Positions 17,448-27,170 of a stretch of 30,910 nt of DNA are shown piece after piece. Position 1 is the stretch's first letter. Each line of letters begins with the position of its first letter. The notes below the pieces were generated by a model. The model was not told the DNA's origin and did no database searches. It saw only the letters and a list, made by a program, of their open reading frames with translations. Position numbers and translations under genes: made by a program. Location of the stretch: IMG/VR virus record IMGVR_UViG_3300044545_000147; one strand, given 5' to 3'. Source of the stretch: an uncultured virus (IMG/VR IMGVR_UViG_3300044545_000147) (lineage: Duplodnaviria > Heunggongvirae > Uroviricota > Caudoviricetes).

Positions 17448-18526
17448 GCAATTATTTATATTTAAGAAAATATCAGATCCTGGTGTCTTCGGAGTCAACC
17501 AAGTCCTCTGATGGGAAAACGGAAAAAGCTCTTGATGTGTCTTATTTGCACTGCACATTCAATGTCAGACGGGGAATGGATTTTAATAACTATGCCATTG
17601 TCACCATCTATAATTTGAACCGGGAAACGGAGAATCAGATTATCAATGAAAGTGACCGGCTGATCATCAATGCCGGCTATGAAGGATATCTCAATGCGGT
17701 ACCTTATGATCCGCAGACATCGAACCAGGCAGCGGGAGCTGGATCAAAGTTCAATGTATCGTCCGGATCATCTGAAGTGACACAGATTCAGGAAGGCAGT
17801 CCGAAACAATATGGCAAGATTTTTGATGGAGCTATTATTCAGACGGTGCGGGGGAAGGAAAACAATACTGACTATACTCTGACCTTGGTGGCCATGGATG
17901 GAGACTTATTTGCAAACAATAATTTTATTGCTCTTTCATGTGTCCGGGGGCAAAATCCCCGGGCTGTTATTGAAACAGTAACAACCAAAGCTGAGACACC
18001 TACGACAGTTGCAAAAATATCCCCTGATATTAGTGGACAGACACTCCCCCGGGGGAAGGTTTATTTTGGACGTCCCCGTGATTATCTTCAGGATGTGGCC
18101 CGGTCCAACAATGCCAATGCATGGATACAGGATGGAGAAGTTCATATTACCAGGGTCACTGATAATTATACGGATGAGGCATTGGTTCTCACTCCGCAGA
18201 CCGGGCTGATCGGGTGGCCGCAGCAGATTCAGTATGGAGTATCTTTCCGATGCCTGATGAATCCGCAGATTACCGTCATGAGCATGATTCAGCTGAAAAA
18301 TTCTGAAATTAATGGGATGCAGATCCAGACCAATACACCGGGACAGACACAGCCTCAGACTCTGCAGATGGATCCGAATCAGATGTACCAGGCTTATGAA
18401 GTGGAACATATAGGGGACACCCGGGGAAACGACTGGTACACTCAGATATCGGGATACAGCCGGTATGGAAAAGATGTGGTGCCAGCACTCATGAAATATT
18501 CCGGACAGAATCCGAATTCGGTATGA
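17444..18526 (+). CDS. Baseplate hub protein
   Basis: AIVTIYNL, INAGYE, IFDG.I, LPRGKVYFG, TGLIGWP, HIGDTRGNDWYT. Confidence 0.85.
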   Translation: MSNYLYLRKYQILVSSESTKSSDGKTEKALDVSYLHCTFNVRRGMDFNNYAIVTIYNLNRETENQIINESDRLIINAGYEGYLNAVPYDPQTSNQAAGAGSKFNVSSGSSEVTQIQEGSPKQYGKIFDGAIIQTVRGKENNTDYTLTLVAMDGDLFANNNFIALSCVRGQNPRAVIETVTTKAETPTTVAKISPDISGQTLPRGKVYFGRPRDYLQDVARSNNANAWIQDGEVHITRVTDNYTDEALVLTPQTGLIGWPQQIQYGVSFRCLMNPQITVMSMIQLKNSEINGMQIQTNTPGQTQPQTLQMDPNQMYQAYEVEHIGDTRGNDWYTQISGYSRYGKDVVPALMKYSGQNPNSV

Positions 18527-18538
18527 AAGGGGGAAGAA

Positions 18539-19174
18539 ATGCAGAAATTACAGGAAAGTTTTTTTAACCAGACACAAAAAGAAGAAATGCTGCAGAGAAA
18601 TACGGGAATTGGAATCCGCGTAGCCATGCCGGGTATTGTTCAGTCTTTTAATTCTGAAGAACAGACAGTAACGGTAAAGTGTGCAGTCAGAGAAAAAGTG
18701 GATCTGAATGGAATACAGACATGGACAGAGATTCCGCTGCTGCTGGATGTCCCTATTGTGCTTCCCCGGGCCGGCGGATATGTTCTGACCATGCCGGTAC
18801 AGCGGGGAGATGAATGCCTGGTCATATTTTCCGACAACTGCATAGATGGTTGGTGGCAGTCTGGAGGAGTACAAAACCAGGTGGAAATACGCCGTCATGA
18901 TCTGTCCGATGGTATAGCTGTTATGGGTTTATGGTCACAGCCAAATATTGTTCCTGGATATAGTACGGAAGGAGCTCAGCTTCGTTCTGTGGACGGTGGG
19001 GCCAGTATAACCATTTCAGGCGGTTCTATCAACATAAAAGCATCCAGTGTGAATATTGATGCAGCCAATGTCAATATTGGATCTTCTACCGTGATAGATG
19101 GGCATAACTTTGTGGGGCATACTCATGGAGGAGTGACCTCTGGGGGCAGTAATACAGGAGGTGTAAGCGGATGA
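18539..19174 (+). CDS. Baseplate central spike (Gp138-like)
   Basis: VAMPGIVQSF, GDECLVIFSD..ID.WW, RRHDLSD, C-terminal HTHGGV metal-binding apex. Confidence 0.9.
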   Translation: MQKLQESFFNQTQKEEMLQRNTGIGIRVAMPGIVQSFNSEEQTVTVKCAVREKVDLNGIQTWTEIPLLLDVPIVLPRAGGYVLTMPVQRGDECLVIFSDNCIDGWWQSGGVQNQVEIRRHDLSDGIAVMGLWSQPNIVPGYSTEGAQLRSVDGGASITISGGSINIKASSVNIDAANVNIGSSTVIDGHNFVGHTHGGVTSGGSNTGGVSG

Positions 19175-19530
19175 TTTACCGAAGACTGTCAGGCAGCGGG
19201 GATTATCAATTCGGGCGCAGCAGCCAGGATTTTCTTTCTGATATAGAAGCCGTGGCGCAGGCCATTCAGACCAGGTTGAAGCTGCTTTATGGAGAGTGGT
19301 GGGAAAATGTGACAGACGGGCTCCCTCTTTGGCAGAAAATTATTGGGACATCAGGCAGTGAAAAAAATAGAAATGCTATTGATTTAATTATTAAAGACCG
19401 GATACAGGGAACAGATCATGTGCAGTCTGTATTAAACTATTCCAGTTCTTTTGATAATGCAAATGGACGGAAATATACATTCGAATGCCTGGTTGTGACA
19501 GATTATGGGACTGTCACAGTCAGTTCATAA
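19171..19530 (+). CDS. Baseplate wedge/sheath initiator protein
   Basis: YRRL...GDY.FG, AVAQAIQTRL.L..GEWW...GLP, V.TDYG. Confidence 0.8.
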   Translation: MIYRRLSGSGDYQFGRSSQDFLSDIEAVAQAIQTRLKLLYGEWWENVTDGLPLWQKIIGTSGSEKNRNAIDLIIKDRIQGTDHVQSVLNYSSSFDNANGRKYTFECLVVTDYGTVTVSS

Positions 19531-19541
19531 GGGGTGAGTTG

Positions 19542-20732
19542 ATGAGTTATTTCAAGCCTTATATTGACAGTATGGGTATCCATATACCGACTTATAATGA
19601 TATTTTGGAGAAGATGGAAGAAGATGCAAAAACAATATTCGGATCAGATATATATTTGGAAAATGATTCCGCCGATTATCAGTGGATCAGCGCGAATGCG
19701 CTGCGGGAGTCAGATGCACTGGAATCCCTGGCCTATGCCTATAATAGCCGGTCTCCGGCTACGGCGATTGGATCCGGGTTGGATGCTGTGGTAAAAATCA
19801 ATGGACTGGTGAGAAAGTCGGCATCATACAGTACCTGCAGCGTAAAGCTATCCGGTACGGCCGGTACTGTGATTGCAGGAGGAATTGTACAGGATAACTC
19901 CGGATATAAATGGGATCTTCCAGATACAGTGACCATTGGAAATTCAGGGACGGTCATTGTCACGGTTACCTGCGAAACACTGGGGGCCATTATAGCCATG
20001 CCGGGAGATATTAATACGATTGTGACGCCTTCTTACGGGTGGGCATCGGTCACTAATGATTCTTCTGCTTCAGTAGGGAATGCAGTGGAAACAGATGCGG
20101 AACTGCGCGCTCGCCAGGCGTTGAGTACAGAAATTCCCTCTCAGACACTTTTGGATGGAACTATTGCAGGAATTCTGTCCGTGCCGAATGTCTCCAGACA
20201 GAAGTGTTACGAAAATGATACTAACTTATCAGATGTATCAACGGATAATCCTTATGGACTTCCGGCACACAGTATCACGTGTGTTGTGGAAGGCGGAACA
20301 GATGCAGAAATTGCCGAGCAGATTTATTTAAGAAAAGGAATTGGATGCTATACGAATGGAACGACCGAGGTCAGCATAGCCGGAAAATATGGAATTAACA
20401 GCAACATCCGCTTTTATAGACCTTCATACGTGTCAGTGGATGTGACGGTCAACATTAAGAAATATTCCGGATATACCACAGCTACAGCAGATGTGGTCAA
20501 GGACCTGATCTATAGCTATCTGAACTCTCTGGGAATAGGAGATGACCTGGCGGTTGGGATATTATGGAGCACGGCTCAGTCTGCCAATGCCGATTTGACC
20601 AATCCCACCTATGCTGTGACTTCTCTGACAGTGGCCAAACATGGGGGAACTGCCGGCACAGCTGATATTGTGACGGCGTTTAATGAGGTGATTCAGGGCA
20701 ATGCAGATTATATTACAGTCAATGTGTCGTGA
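19542..20732 (+). CDS. Baseplate J-like wedge protein
   Basis: Start moved to ATG 19542; SPATAIGSGLD, G...ETDAELRARQ, PAHSI.CVVEGG. Confidence 0.92.
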   Translation: MSYFKPYIDSMGIHIPTYNDILEKMEEDAKTIFGSDIYLENDSADYQWISANALRESDALESLAYAYNSRSPATAIGSGLDAVVKINGLVRKSASYSTCSVKLSGTAGTVIAGGIVQDNSGYKWDLPDTVTIGNSGTVIVTVTCETLGAIIAMPGDINTIVTPSYGWASVTNDSSASVGNAVETDAELRARQALSTEIPSQTLLDGTIAGILSVPNVSRQKCYENDTNLSDVSTDNPYGLPAHSITCVVEGGTDAEIAEQIYLRKGIGCYTNGTTEVSIAGKYGINSNIRFYRPSYVSVDVTVNIKKYSGYTTATADVVKDLIYSYLNSLGIGDDLAVGILWSTAQSANADLTNPTYAVTSLTVAKHGGTAGTADIVTAFNEVIQGNADYITVNVS

Positions 20733-20740
20733 GGGGAATT

Positions 20741-21313
20741 ATGGATAAAAGTTATTATGAAAATCTCATCACATCAGAATATCGGCTGCAGCCCCATTTT
20801 ATGGGATGGGTGGATGCCGGTATAGAAGCATTAAATGATATGCAGAGCACAGCGGAAAACATTATCCGGGCATTTCATATTGATTCCGCTGTAGGAGTTC
20901 AATTAGATGTTCTTGGGGTCATTCTGGGACGTGCCCGGATTATCAATTTTGAACCTTCTGATGGATCTTCCCAAACGCTGGATGATGATTCTTACCGTTT
21001 GTTGCTGAAGGCTAAAATTGTGCAGAATCAATGGGATGGGGAGATTACATCACTGTACACCATGTGGGCTGACCTGTTCCCGGATACAGAATTGCTGTTG
21101 ATTGATAATCAGGATATGTCTATGAATGTATTGATCATTGGGAATTTTTCTGATTTGGAAAAAGACTTTATCAGTCACGGGTACATTATTCCAAAACCAG
21201 AAGGAGTGCGGATTAATTTTGCTACGATTTCAACAGCGGTGTTCAGTTATGGATATGACAATGATGTGCTGGCTGGATATGGATCACCGTGGATTAATTC
21301 CACTGTCTTATAA
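20741..21313 (+). CDS. Baseplate wedge protein (DUF2612-like)
   Basis: AVGVQLDVLG, LDDDSYRLLLKAKI..N.WDG, DNQDMSM, PKPEGVR; ATG 20741 follows GAGGGG (GTG 20729 is an alternative start). Confidence 0.85.
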   Translation: MDKSYYENLITSEYRLQPHFMGWVDAGIEALNDMQSTAENIIRAFHIDSAVGVQLDVLGVILGRARIINFEPSDGSSQTLDDDSYRLLLKAKIVQNQWDGEITSLYTMWADLFPDTELLLIDNQDMSMNVLIIGNFSDLEKDFISHGYIIPKPEGVRINFATISTAVFSYGYDNDVLAGYGSPWINSTVL

Positions 21314-21325
21314 AAGGGGGAAGAC

Positions 21326-22378
21326 ATGGCAACTTCAAATTTTAAAATATTTAATGAATCATACAGCAATATTATGGGGGATACGGATTACTCTTCCAAT
21401 ACACAGAGGTCTGGAGGAGTTCAGAATGGGATTGCAGATCCGACGCTTCATAATAAATTGTATAGACAGGTTTCAGTCATGGCCGCCTCTCTGGCGGCTT
21501 TTGTTGTAAACAATGGCTATGATGCATCAGATAAAGATCTGTCTACATTGACATCCAATTTTCAGAATGCGATTTTATCCGTCATAAAGAACATCTATCA
21601 GGGAAGTATTAATGATACCGTATCGCCCACGCTGGATAAAGCAGTATTAAATACATTGCTTTCTGAATTGGCTTATCAGATAAAAGCTATTACGGGGGAA
21701 ACAGGATGGAAAACAAGCCCGGTGCAGGACTTGAAATCAATTCCAGCGACCTATGCGCTGATATCCAACATGACATTGGTGAAGCGCAGTACTGCCTATA
21801 GTGCAGGCCAGATAAGACTAGACCCGGGTATCCCCTCATGGGCTTATCTGGAATGTACTACCGCCGGAACAACGGCCGCGGTGGCACCATCATACGGTGA
21901 GACAGAAAATGCTGCTGTTGCAGACGGATCCGTTGTCTGGACAATGCGCAGCTTTAAATCGGCCCAGTTTGCTCCGATCACTCCAAGTGTATCTGACAGC
22001 AGTCTGAAGGCGGCTAATACAAATTGGGTAAAATCTCTTCTATCCAGTATTGGACTGAGTACAGGGGCTTTATCCAGTTATGACTTCAGTAATGCGCCTG
22101 CCAGCTGGTGGGCTAAATTTGGAGGAGATGGAGGATTGCTTATCCAAGGAGGACGCATAATATCCCCCTCTTCAACCGGGAATGCTACTACGGTTGTTTT
22201 TCCATTGGCTTTTCCAACGGCTGTATTTGGGTCAATAGCAACATTGAATTCGAGCGATCGTCTTATTATTACAAGAACCAATCTTACTAAAACAGGAATG
22301 AATTTAAACTTTTATTGGTCAGATGGTGGGAATGTTTCTATTTCTTCTGGTGCTGACTATGCAGTGGTTGGAAATTAA
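21326..22378 (+). CDS. Tail fibre protein with gp53-like C-terminal domain
   Basis: N-terminal baseplate anchor (NKLYRQVSVMAA), CTTAGTT..DGSVVW module, GGLLIQGG...VFPLAFP C-terminus. Confidence 0.85.
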   Translation: MATSNFKIFNESYSNIMGDTDYSSNTQRSGGVQNGIADPTLHNKLYRQVSVMAASLAAFVVNNGYDASDKDLSTLTSNFQNAILSVIKNIYQGSINDTVSPTLDKAVLNTLLSELAYQIKAITGETGWKTSPVQDLKSIPATYALISNMTLVKRSTAYSAGQIRLDPGIPSWAYLECTTAGTTAAVAPSYGETENAAVADGSVVWTMRSFKSAQFAPITPSVSDSSLKAANTNWVKSLLSSIGLSTGALSSYDFSNAPASWWAKFGGDGGLLIQGGRIISPSSTGNATTVVFPLAFPTAVFGSIATLNSSDRLIITRTNLTKTGMNLNFYWSDGGNVSISSGADYAVVGN

Positions 22379-22391
22379 TGGAGGAAACAGC

Positions 22392-22856
22392 ATGACATAT
22401 CTTGATATATTTGATTCAAGCGGGGATAGGATTACATCTTATGTGGTTAATATACACGGAGAAACTTTAGAGGCACTGAAAAAATTAGCAATGGAAAATT
22501 ATCCCGACAGTACTGCAGTAGAAACTGATGAAGCAGAGCATGTCCAGTATTTATCGGGGAAATATAAATATGATGTAACAACAAAATCTGCTGTAGAAAT
22601 TCAAGAAACGGATTTGGGAAAATTAGAGACTATAAAATCATCTAAGCTGTCTGAAATACAGTCGCTTCTCACACAAACAGACTATCAGGCGATCAAGTTT
22701 GCAGAGGGGATCATTAATGAGGAACAATATAACTCTTTAAAAACACTCCGAGAGTCTTGGCGATCGGCATATAATTCCATTCAATCAGCTCTTACGCTAG
22801 ATGCAGTTAATGCAGTGACTTATTCAACAGAGATCCCAGTCATAGAGTCAATATAA
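22392..22856 (+). CDS. Putative tail fibre assembly chaperone
   Basis: Start moved to ATG 22392 after GGAGG; LTQTDYQAIK...LRESWR motif; follows fibre gene. Confidence 0.7.
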   Translation: MTYLDIFDSSGDRITSYVVNIHGETLEALKKLAMENYPDSTAVETDEAEHVQYLSGKYKYDVTTKSAVEIQETDLGKLETIKSSKLSEIQSLLTQTDYQAIKFAEGIINEEQYNSLKTLRESWRSAYNSIQSALTLDAVNAVTYSTEIPVIESI

Positions 22857-22876
22857 GCAAGGGAGGAGGAACACAT

Positions 22877-23206
22877 TTGTTCAAAACAGCGCAGAATAAT
22901 ATTTATATGACACGGGGAGACAGTGCGGTGTTCCATTTGGACATATTAGATCCATCGAGCAATCCATATGATATACCAAATGGGACATCACTTCTTTTTA
23001 CTGTGAAGTCTGATACGGAAACGACAGCCATTATGCTACAGAAATCAGTCATTGATGGAAATATTACAATCAATCCAGCTGATACCAGTGCGCTGGATTA
23101 TGGAGACTATGTTTATGATGTGCAGATGGTGTTGCCGGATGGATATACTTCTACCATTATTTCTCCGTCTTTATTCAGGCTGATGCAGGAGGTGACATTT
23201 CAATGA
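22877..23206 (+). CDS. BppU-N-like fibre adaptor protein (TTG start)
   Basis: GGAGGAGG RBS; IYMTRGDS, FTVK, INPADT..L..G.YVYDVQ, F...EVT. Confidence 0.7.
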   Translation: MFKTAQNNIYMTRGDSAVFHLDILDPSSNPYDIPNGTSLLFTVKSDTETTAIMLQKSVIDGNITINPADTSALDYGDYVYDVQMVLPDGYTSTIISPSLFRLMQEVTFQ

Positions 23207-23457
23207 GTGCTAATCTGACGGGAAAGATCAGTGGGGGGAACGCATTATCAGGGAAATTGTCTACACAGATTAAGGATGTGACGGAAATTATGCAGTATGG
23301 ATCGATCTATGAATTTCCGAATCGGGGAGTTTCTTCTACTTTGTATATTACATCTGATGAAAACGCAGCATACCGGTGGGATGAGACGGGAAGCAAATAT
23401 TTCTGTATAGGCCGTGATTACAAGGAAATTGAAAATATTTTGGGAGGAGCATTATGA
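23203..23457 (+). CDS. Small fibre-associated protein
   Basis: ATGA-coupled at both ends; FPNRG..TLYI...AYRWD motif. Confidence 0.7.
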   Translation: MSANLTGKISGGNALSGKLSTQIKDVTEIMQYGSIYEFPNRGVSSTLYITSDENAAYRWDETGSKYFCIGRDYKEIENILGGAL

Positions 23458-24509
23458 GTAAAACACTTCAAGCGACACTGCAAATCAAGAATGGAACAAA
23501 AGCGAATTGGATATCACAGAATCCCGTTTTGGCCAAAGGGGAACCAGGTCTCGAAATTGATACAGCGCATTTTAAATTTGGAGACGGTGTATCAGAATGG
23601 AATGATCTGTCCTATGCGGGAACCATTGTAAAAGTCAGTTCTACCAATGGACATCTGACGATTGATGGGACGGATGTGACAATATATGCACTTCCGACAG
23701 CAACATCCTCTGTAGTGGGCGGTGTTAAATCCCAGTCTGCAGGATCTGGGAAAATAGTTGTAGGATCTGACGGGACTATGAGTGTGTCTGATGTTCCTAC
23801 AGCGGATGCACTATCCAATGCAAGAAAGTTGACTTTTTCTGGCGATGTATCCGGTAACAACACATTTAATGGATCTCAGGATGTCACTTTTGCCCTGGCA
23901 TTGGTTTCATCGGGAGTTACTGCGGGAACATATTCTAAAGTTACGGTGACTGCAAAAGGTATTGTGACTGCGGGGACATCATTAACAGCTTCTGATATTC
24001 CGACACTCACATTATCCAAAATATCTGATGCCGGATCTGCTGCATCCAAATCTGTTGGTACAGCCGCCGGAAATGTGCCTTTGCTGGATTCCAATGGAAA
24101 ATTGGATACCAATGTGCTTCCTGCACTGGCCATATCAGAAACTCATGTGGTAGCGGATCAGGCGGCTATGCTAGCATTAGATGCTCAGGAAGGAGATATT
24201 GCAATCAGGACTGACGGTACAGGTAGTTGGATACTAACAGCTTCTCCTGCATCAACATTGGCAAATTGGAAACAATTATCGGCACCGACGGATCTGGTCA
24301 CGAGCGTGAATGGAAAGACAGGCACCGTGACTTTGACTACCGGAGATATTGCCGAAGGAGTCAATCTGTATTTTACAACTGCCAGGGCAACTACAAATTT
24401 CAATACAAATTTTGCGGCAAAAAGTGTTACAGGACTTTCCGATGGCAGCCATGTAGTGTTGGATACCGATTCTATTATTATTGACTGTGGGACGGTGTCT
24501 GGATCATGA
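23454..24509 (+). CDS. Fibre/receptor-binding protein with Mtd-N/hyaluronidase-N-like N-terminal domain
   Basis: NPVLAKGEPGLEIDT..FKFGDG..WNDL; fibre repeats LPTAT..VVGGVK, GVTAGTYSKVTV.AKG.VT, VTSVNGKTG.VTL. Confidence 0.85.
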   Translation: MSKTLQATLQIKNGTKANWISQNPVLAKGEPGLEIDTAHFKFGDGVSEWNDLSYAGTIVKVSSTNGHLTIDGTDVTIYALPTATSSVVGGVKSQSAGSGKIVVGSDGTMSVSDVPTADALSNARKLTFSGDVSGNNTFNGSQDVTFALALVSSGVTAGTYSKVTVTAKGIVTAGTSLTASDIPTLTLSKISDAGSAASKSVGTAAGNVPLLDSNGKLDTNVLPALAISETHVVADQAAMLALDAQEGDIAIRTDGTGSWILTASPASTLANWKQLSAPTDLVTSVNGKTGTVTLTTGDIAEGVNLYFTTARATTNFNTNFAAKSVTGLSDGSHVVLDTDSIIIDCGTVSGS

Positions 24510-25345
24510 GCAGAAAACTGAGTGGAGTGCTAATACAGCATAAAACAGGAACTGCTTCACAATGGACATCTGTTAATCCTACGCTGGCAAAAGGGGAAAT
24601 AGGATTTGAAACGGATACTGCTAAGGTGAAGATCGGAGATGGTGTTGCTTCATGGGAGAACCTTGCTTACATAGCATCAGGACGAGCAATCATAAACTTT
24701 CATTCATTCAATCAATTTATTATGGATGCCTCTGCAGGAAATAAAACAGCTTCCATTACCGCATTAAATAACCCATTTACTGGCAGCGGATCAATTGCAG
24801 TTACATTAGATATTTCAACTTCTGGAGTAAATGGGTTAGATACGGGAAGTGTGACATCGGGCTGGTATTATGTATTTCTCTGCTATGGTACATCAGGATT
24901 ATGCTGCTTGGCATCTGCGTCATCTACAATGCCGACGCTTCCTTCTGGATACGCACAATTTGTAAGAGTCGGCGCATTAAGATATGGAAGTTCTAATGCC
25001 TTCCAAGCATCAATTCAGCATGGAACATATTCGAAATATATAGGGAACATGTATCAGTTCGCATCCGGTTCAACTGGGGGAGAATCTACTTTTGTTGGCT
25101 ATGATATTTCGACTTATATTCCAGAAACTTCATATATTGTGGAATGTATTTTATATAATTCTTCAAATAGTGGAGGACATTCATGTAAGTTAGCATCTGA
25201 AGCATCTGTATTTACTGCTGAACTACAGGCTTTTCAATACAATCGTTTACATGCATTTATTCATCTAAATTCCCACAGTATCTATTATGCCTCAAATGAT
25301 GGTGGTTCATGGGCATCCTGTGATGGATGGATTGATAATTTATGA
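24506..25345 (+). CDS. Second Mtd-N-like fibre/receptor-binding protein
   Basis: NPTLAKGEIGFETDT.KVKIGDG..WENL; GVNGLDTG....WYYVF, PTLPSGY..RVG. Confidence 0.8.
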   Translation: MSRKLSGVLIQHKTGTASQWTSVNPTLAKGEIGFETDTAKVKIGDGVASWENLAYIASGRAIINFHSFNQFIMDASAGNKTASITALNNPFTGSGSIAVTLDISTSGVNGLDTGSVTSGWYYVFLCYGTSGLCCLASASSTMPTLPSGYAQFVRVGALRYGSSNAFQASIQHGTYSKYIGNMYQFASGSTGGESTFVGYDISTYIPETSYIVECILYNSSNSGGHSCKLASEASVFTAELQAFQYNRLHAFIHLNSHSIYYASNDGGSWASCDGWIDNL

Positions 25346-25358
25346 AATGGGGTGAGTC

Positions 25359-25628
25359 ATGGACAATGATTTTGAGCGGGATATGATTGACCGCACGGCC
25401 CGCATTGAAACCAAACTTGATATTATTCTGGAAACACAGCATAAACAACAGGATAAGCTGGACGTGGTGGATATCAGAGCCACAGAAGCTCTGCAGTCTA
25501 CAAAATCTGCTCATCATCGGATTGATGAGATCAAAGTGACAGTCATCAAAATAGCGGGGGCGGTTAGCACAGTAATTGGGCTGCTTATCGGGTTTGCCCA
25601 AGTATACATTCAGCTAAAGCACTGGTGA
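25359..25628 (+). CDS. XhlA-like/holin-associated membrane protein
   Basis: RIETKLD coiled coil, KSAHHRIDE motif, single C-terminal TM helix. Confidence 0.8.
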   Translation: MDNDFERDMIDRTARIETKLDIILETQHKQQDKLDVVDIRATEALQSTKSAHHRIDEIKVTVIKIAGAVSTVIGLLIGFAQVYIQLKHW

Positions 25629-25644
25629 GGGTACCAAAAATAAA

Positions 25645-25968
25645 ATGACAGAAAAAATACGAGAGCTTATAGCAGGGGCGCAGCGGAAGCTGAGCTCCTT
25701 TTCTATTGCACAGGGGGCCATGAAATACATACTCTGGTATGCGTTGACACTGATCTTCACGGTGAGTCTGTATTTGATTGCGTGGATATATGAAGCTTGG
25801 TCGACCGGGAAACCAGACATGGCGGAATTGAGGAATTTTATCCATGAGATTGCATCGTCGCCCTGGGTAGCGGCCATAGGGTTTGTCGCGCAAATGTTAG
25901 TAGACCGGAACAATGATGGAATCCCGGATTCTATAGAAAACAAGGAGGAAGAAAATGGAAAACACTGA
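25645..25968 (+). CDS. Putative holin (two hydrophobic segments)
   Basis: YILWYALTLIFTVSLYLIAWIY and PWVAAIGFVAQML; C-terminal VDRNNDGIPD; in lysis cassette. Confidence 0.65.
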   Translation: MTEKIRELIAGAQRKLSSFSIAQGAMKYILWYALTLIFTVSLYLIAWIYEAWSTGKPDMAELRNFIHEIASSPWVAAIGFVAQMLVDRNNDGIPDSIENKEEENGKH

Positions 25969-26371
25969 TGAAAAAACAACGGAACAGAATACAGAATTTG
26001 TAAATGCAGTAGCTGAGAATGTTTCCACAGAAGAAAATCAGACAGAACTGGACAAGGCGAAAGCTCTGGAAGATAAAACGGATGAAGAACTGGCAGCGGC
26101 ACAAGAGACATTGTCCAATGCCCTGGCAGCACTTCCGGAAGCGGCTGAGGGGCTCTTGGCTTCTGCACGGTCTGCTCTGGAAGCGGATCTTAATCTGATA
26201 CAGACTGAGATTAAATCCCGGACCGATCAGGCAGTGGATACAGTACAGGAGGCAGTCAATAATGCAGGATCCGATGTGGATAATTTTTGGAGTAAACATG
26301 GATCCAAAATCAATGAGGGAGCCAAGTGGGCTGTATTGGCTGCCATTGTATATCGGTTGTTCATTTTTTAA
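25955..26371 (+). CDS. Acidic helical tail-anchored membrane protein
   Basis: AAGGAGG RBS; E/A-rich helices and a single C-terminal hydrophobic segment WAVLAAIVYRLFIF. Confidence 0.75.
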   Translation: MENTDEKTTEQNTEFVNAVAENVSTEENQTELDKAKALEDKTDEELAAAQETLSNALAALPEAAEGLLASARSALEADLNLIQTEIKSRTDQAVDTVQEAVNNAGSDVDNFWSKHGSKINEGAKWAVLAAIVYRLFIF

Positions 26372-26407
26372 AGCCAAAGTTTCGGAAAAAGGAAGTGCAG
26401 ATCTATT

Positions 26408-27040
26408 ATGTCGAATGTAATTGATTTATCGGATTTCCAAGGGGACAGCAACAATAATCCCCTTATTGATTTCGGAAAATCTCCTATCGACCTGTCCGGC
26501 TGTATTGTCAAGGTATCTGAAGGCTGCAGCCTTCAGCAGATGTACCCGGTTTTCATTCAGATGGCACAGCAGTATAATGTGCCGCTGGGTGCTTATTGCT
26601 ATACTCATGCGCAGACAACAGACAGGGCAAGGCAGGAGGCACAGGTATTAATTGGGGCTCTTCAGTCCCAGGGGATTACTTCTCTTCCCCTGGGAGTTTT
26701 TATTGACATAGAGGCGCCGGAAGTGCTGACCATGGATAAGGATGATATTACGGCTTGCGCATCGGCTTTCATTAATCAGTGCGCCAATATGGGATTTACC
26801 AACGGAGGAATCTATGCTTCGTCCGGGAGGTTGTTGTCTGGATACAGCGGATCGCGCGTTGGATGGATTGATATTTCCCAGTTGGCGGACTATGTACCCT
26901 ACTGGGTGGCGCAGTACAGAGGTACCTTTACATGGCAGCAGGATAACCCCGGCAAAATCTGCGCAGGACATCAATATACGGAATCTTTTGATTTCAATGG
27001 AACTCAGGTTGATATGAGCGAATGGTTTAGCCGAATTTGA
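26408..27040 (+). CDS. Endolysin, GH25 muramidase, catalytic domain only
   Basis: IDLSDFQG, IVKVSEG, GAYCY, DIE catalytic motif, WVAQY, HQYT, VDMS. Confidence 0.92.
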   Translation: MSNVIDLSDFQGDSNNNPLIDFGKSPIDLSGCIVKVSEGCSLQQMYPVFIQMAQQYNVPLGAYCYTHAQTTDRARQEAQVLIGALQSQGITSLPLGVFIDIEAPEVLTMDKDDITACASAFINQCANMGFTNGGIYASSGRLLSGYSGSRVGWIDISQLADYVPYWVAQYRGTFTWQQDNPGKICAGHQYTESFDFNGTQVDMSEWFSRI

Positions 27041-27170
27041 CATTGATTTCATATATCATGTGATGATTTTATTACGATAACGGAGAAATCGCTTAAAAAC
27101 AGCCTTTTTATTCGATTTCGCAATAAATCCCATTCATTATCAATTATGAGCACTGAAAGGGCATGATGAC

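Noticed and set aside
21326..22856. Invertible tail-fibre cassette/shufflon
   Set aside because: No invertase and no inverted duplicate fibre C-terminus on the minus strand
23454..25345. Diversity-generating retroelement suggested by Mtd-N-like domains
   Set aside because: No reverse transcriptase and no TR/VR repeat pair differing at adenines seen in this window; one elsewhere in the genome cannot be excluded
27041..27170. 130-nt gap after the endolysin with a 7-bp inverted repeat (GAAATCG/CGATTTC) and an open frame
   Set aside because: Open frame has no start codon near its beginning and the repeat is too short to support an RNA or gene call
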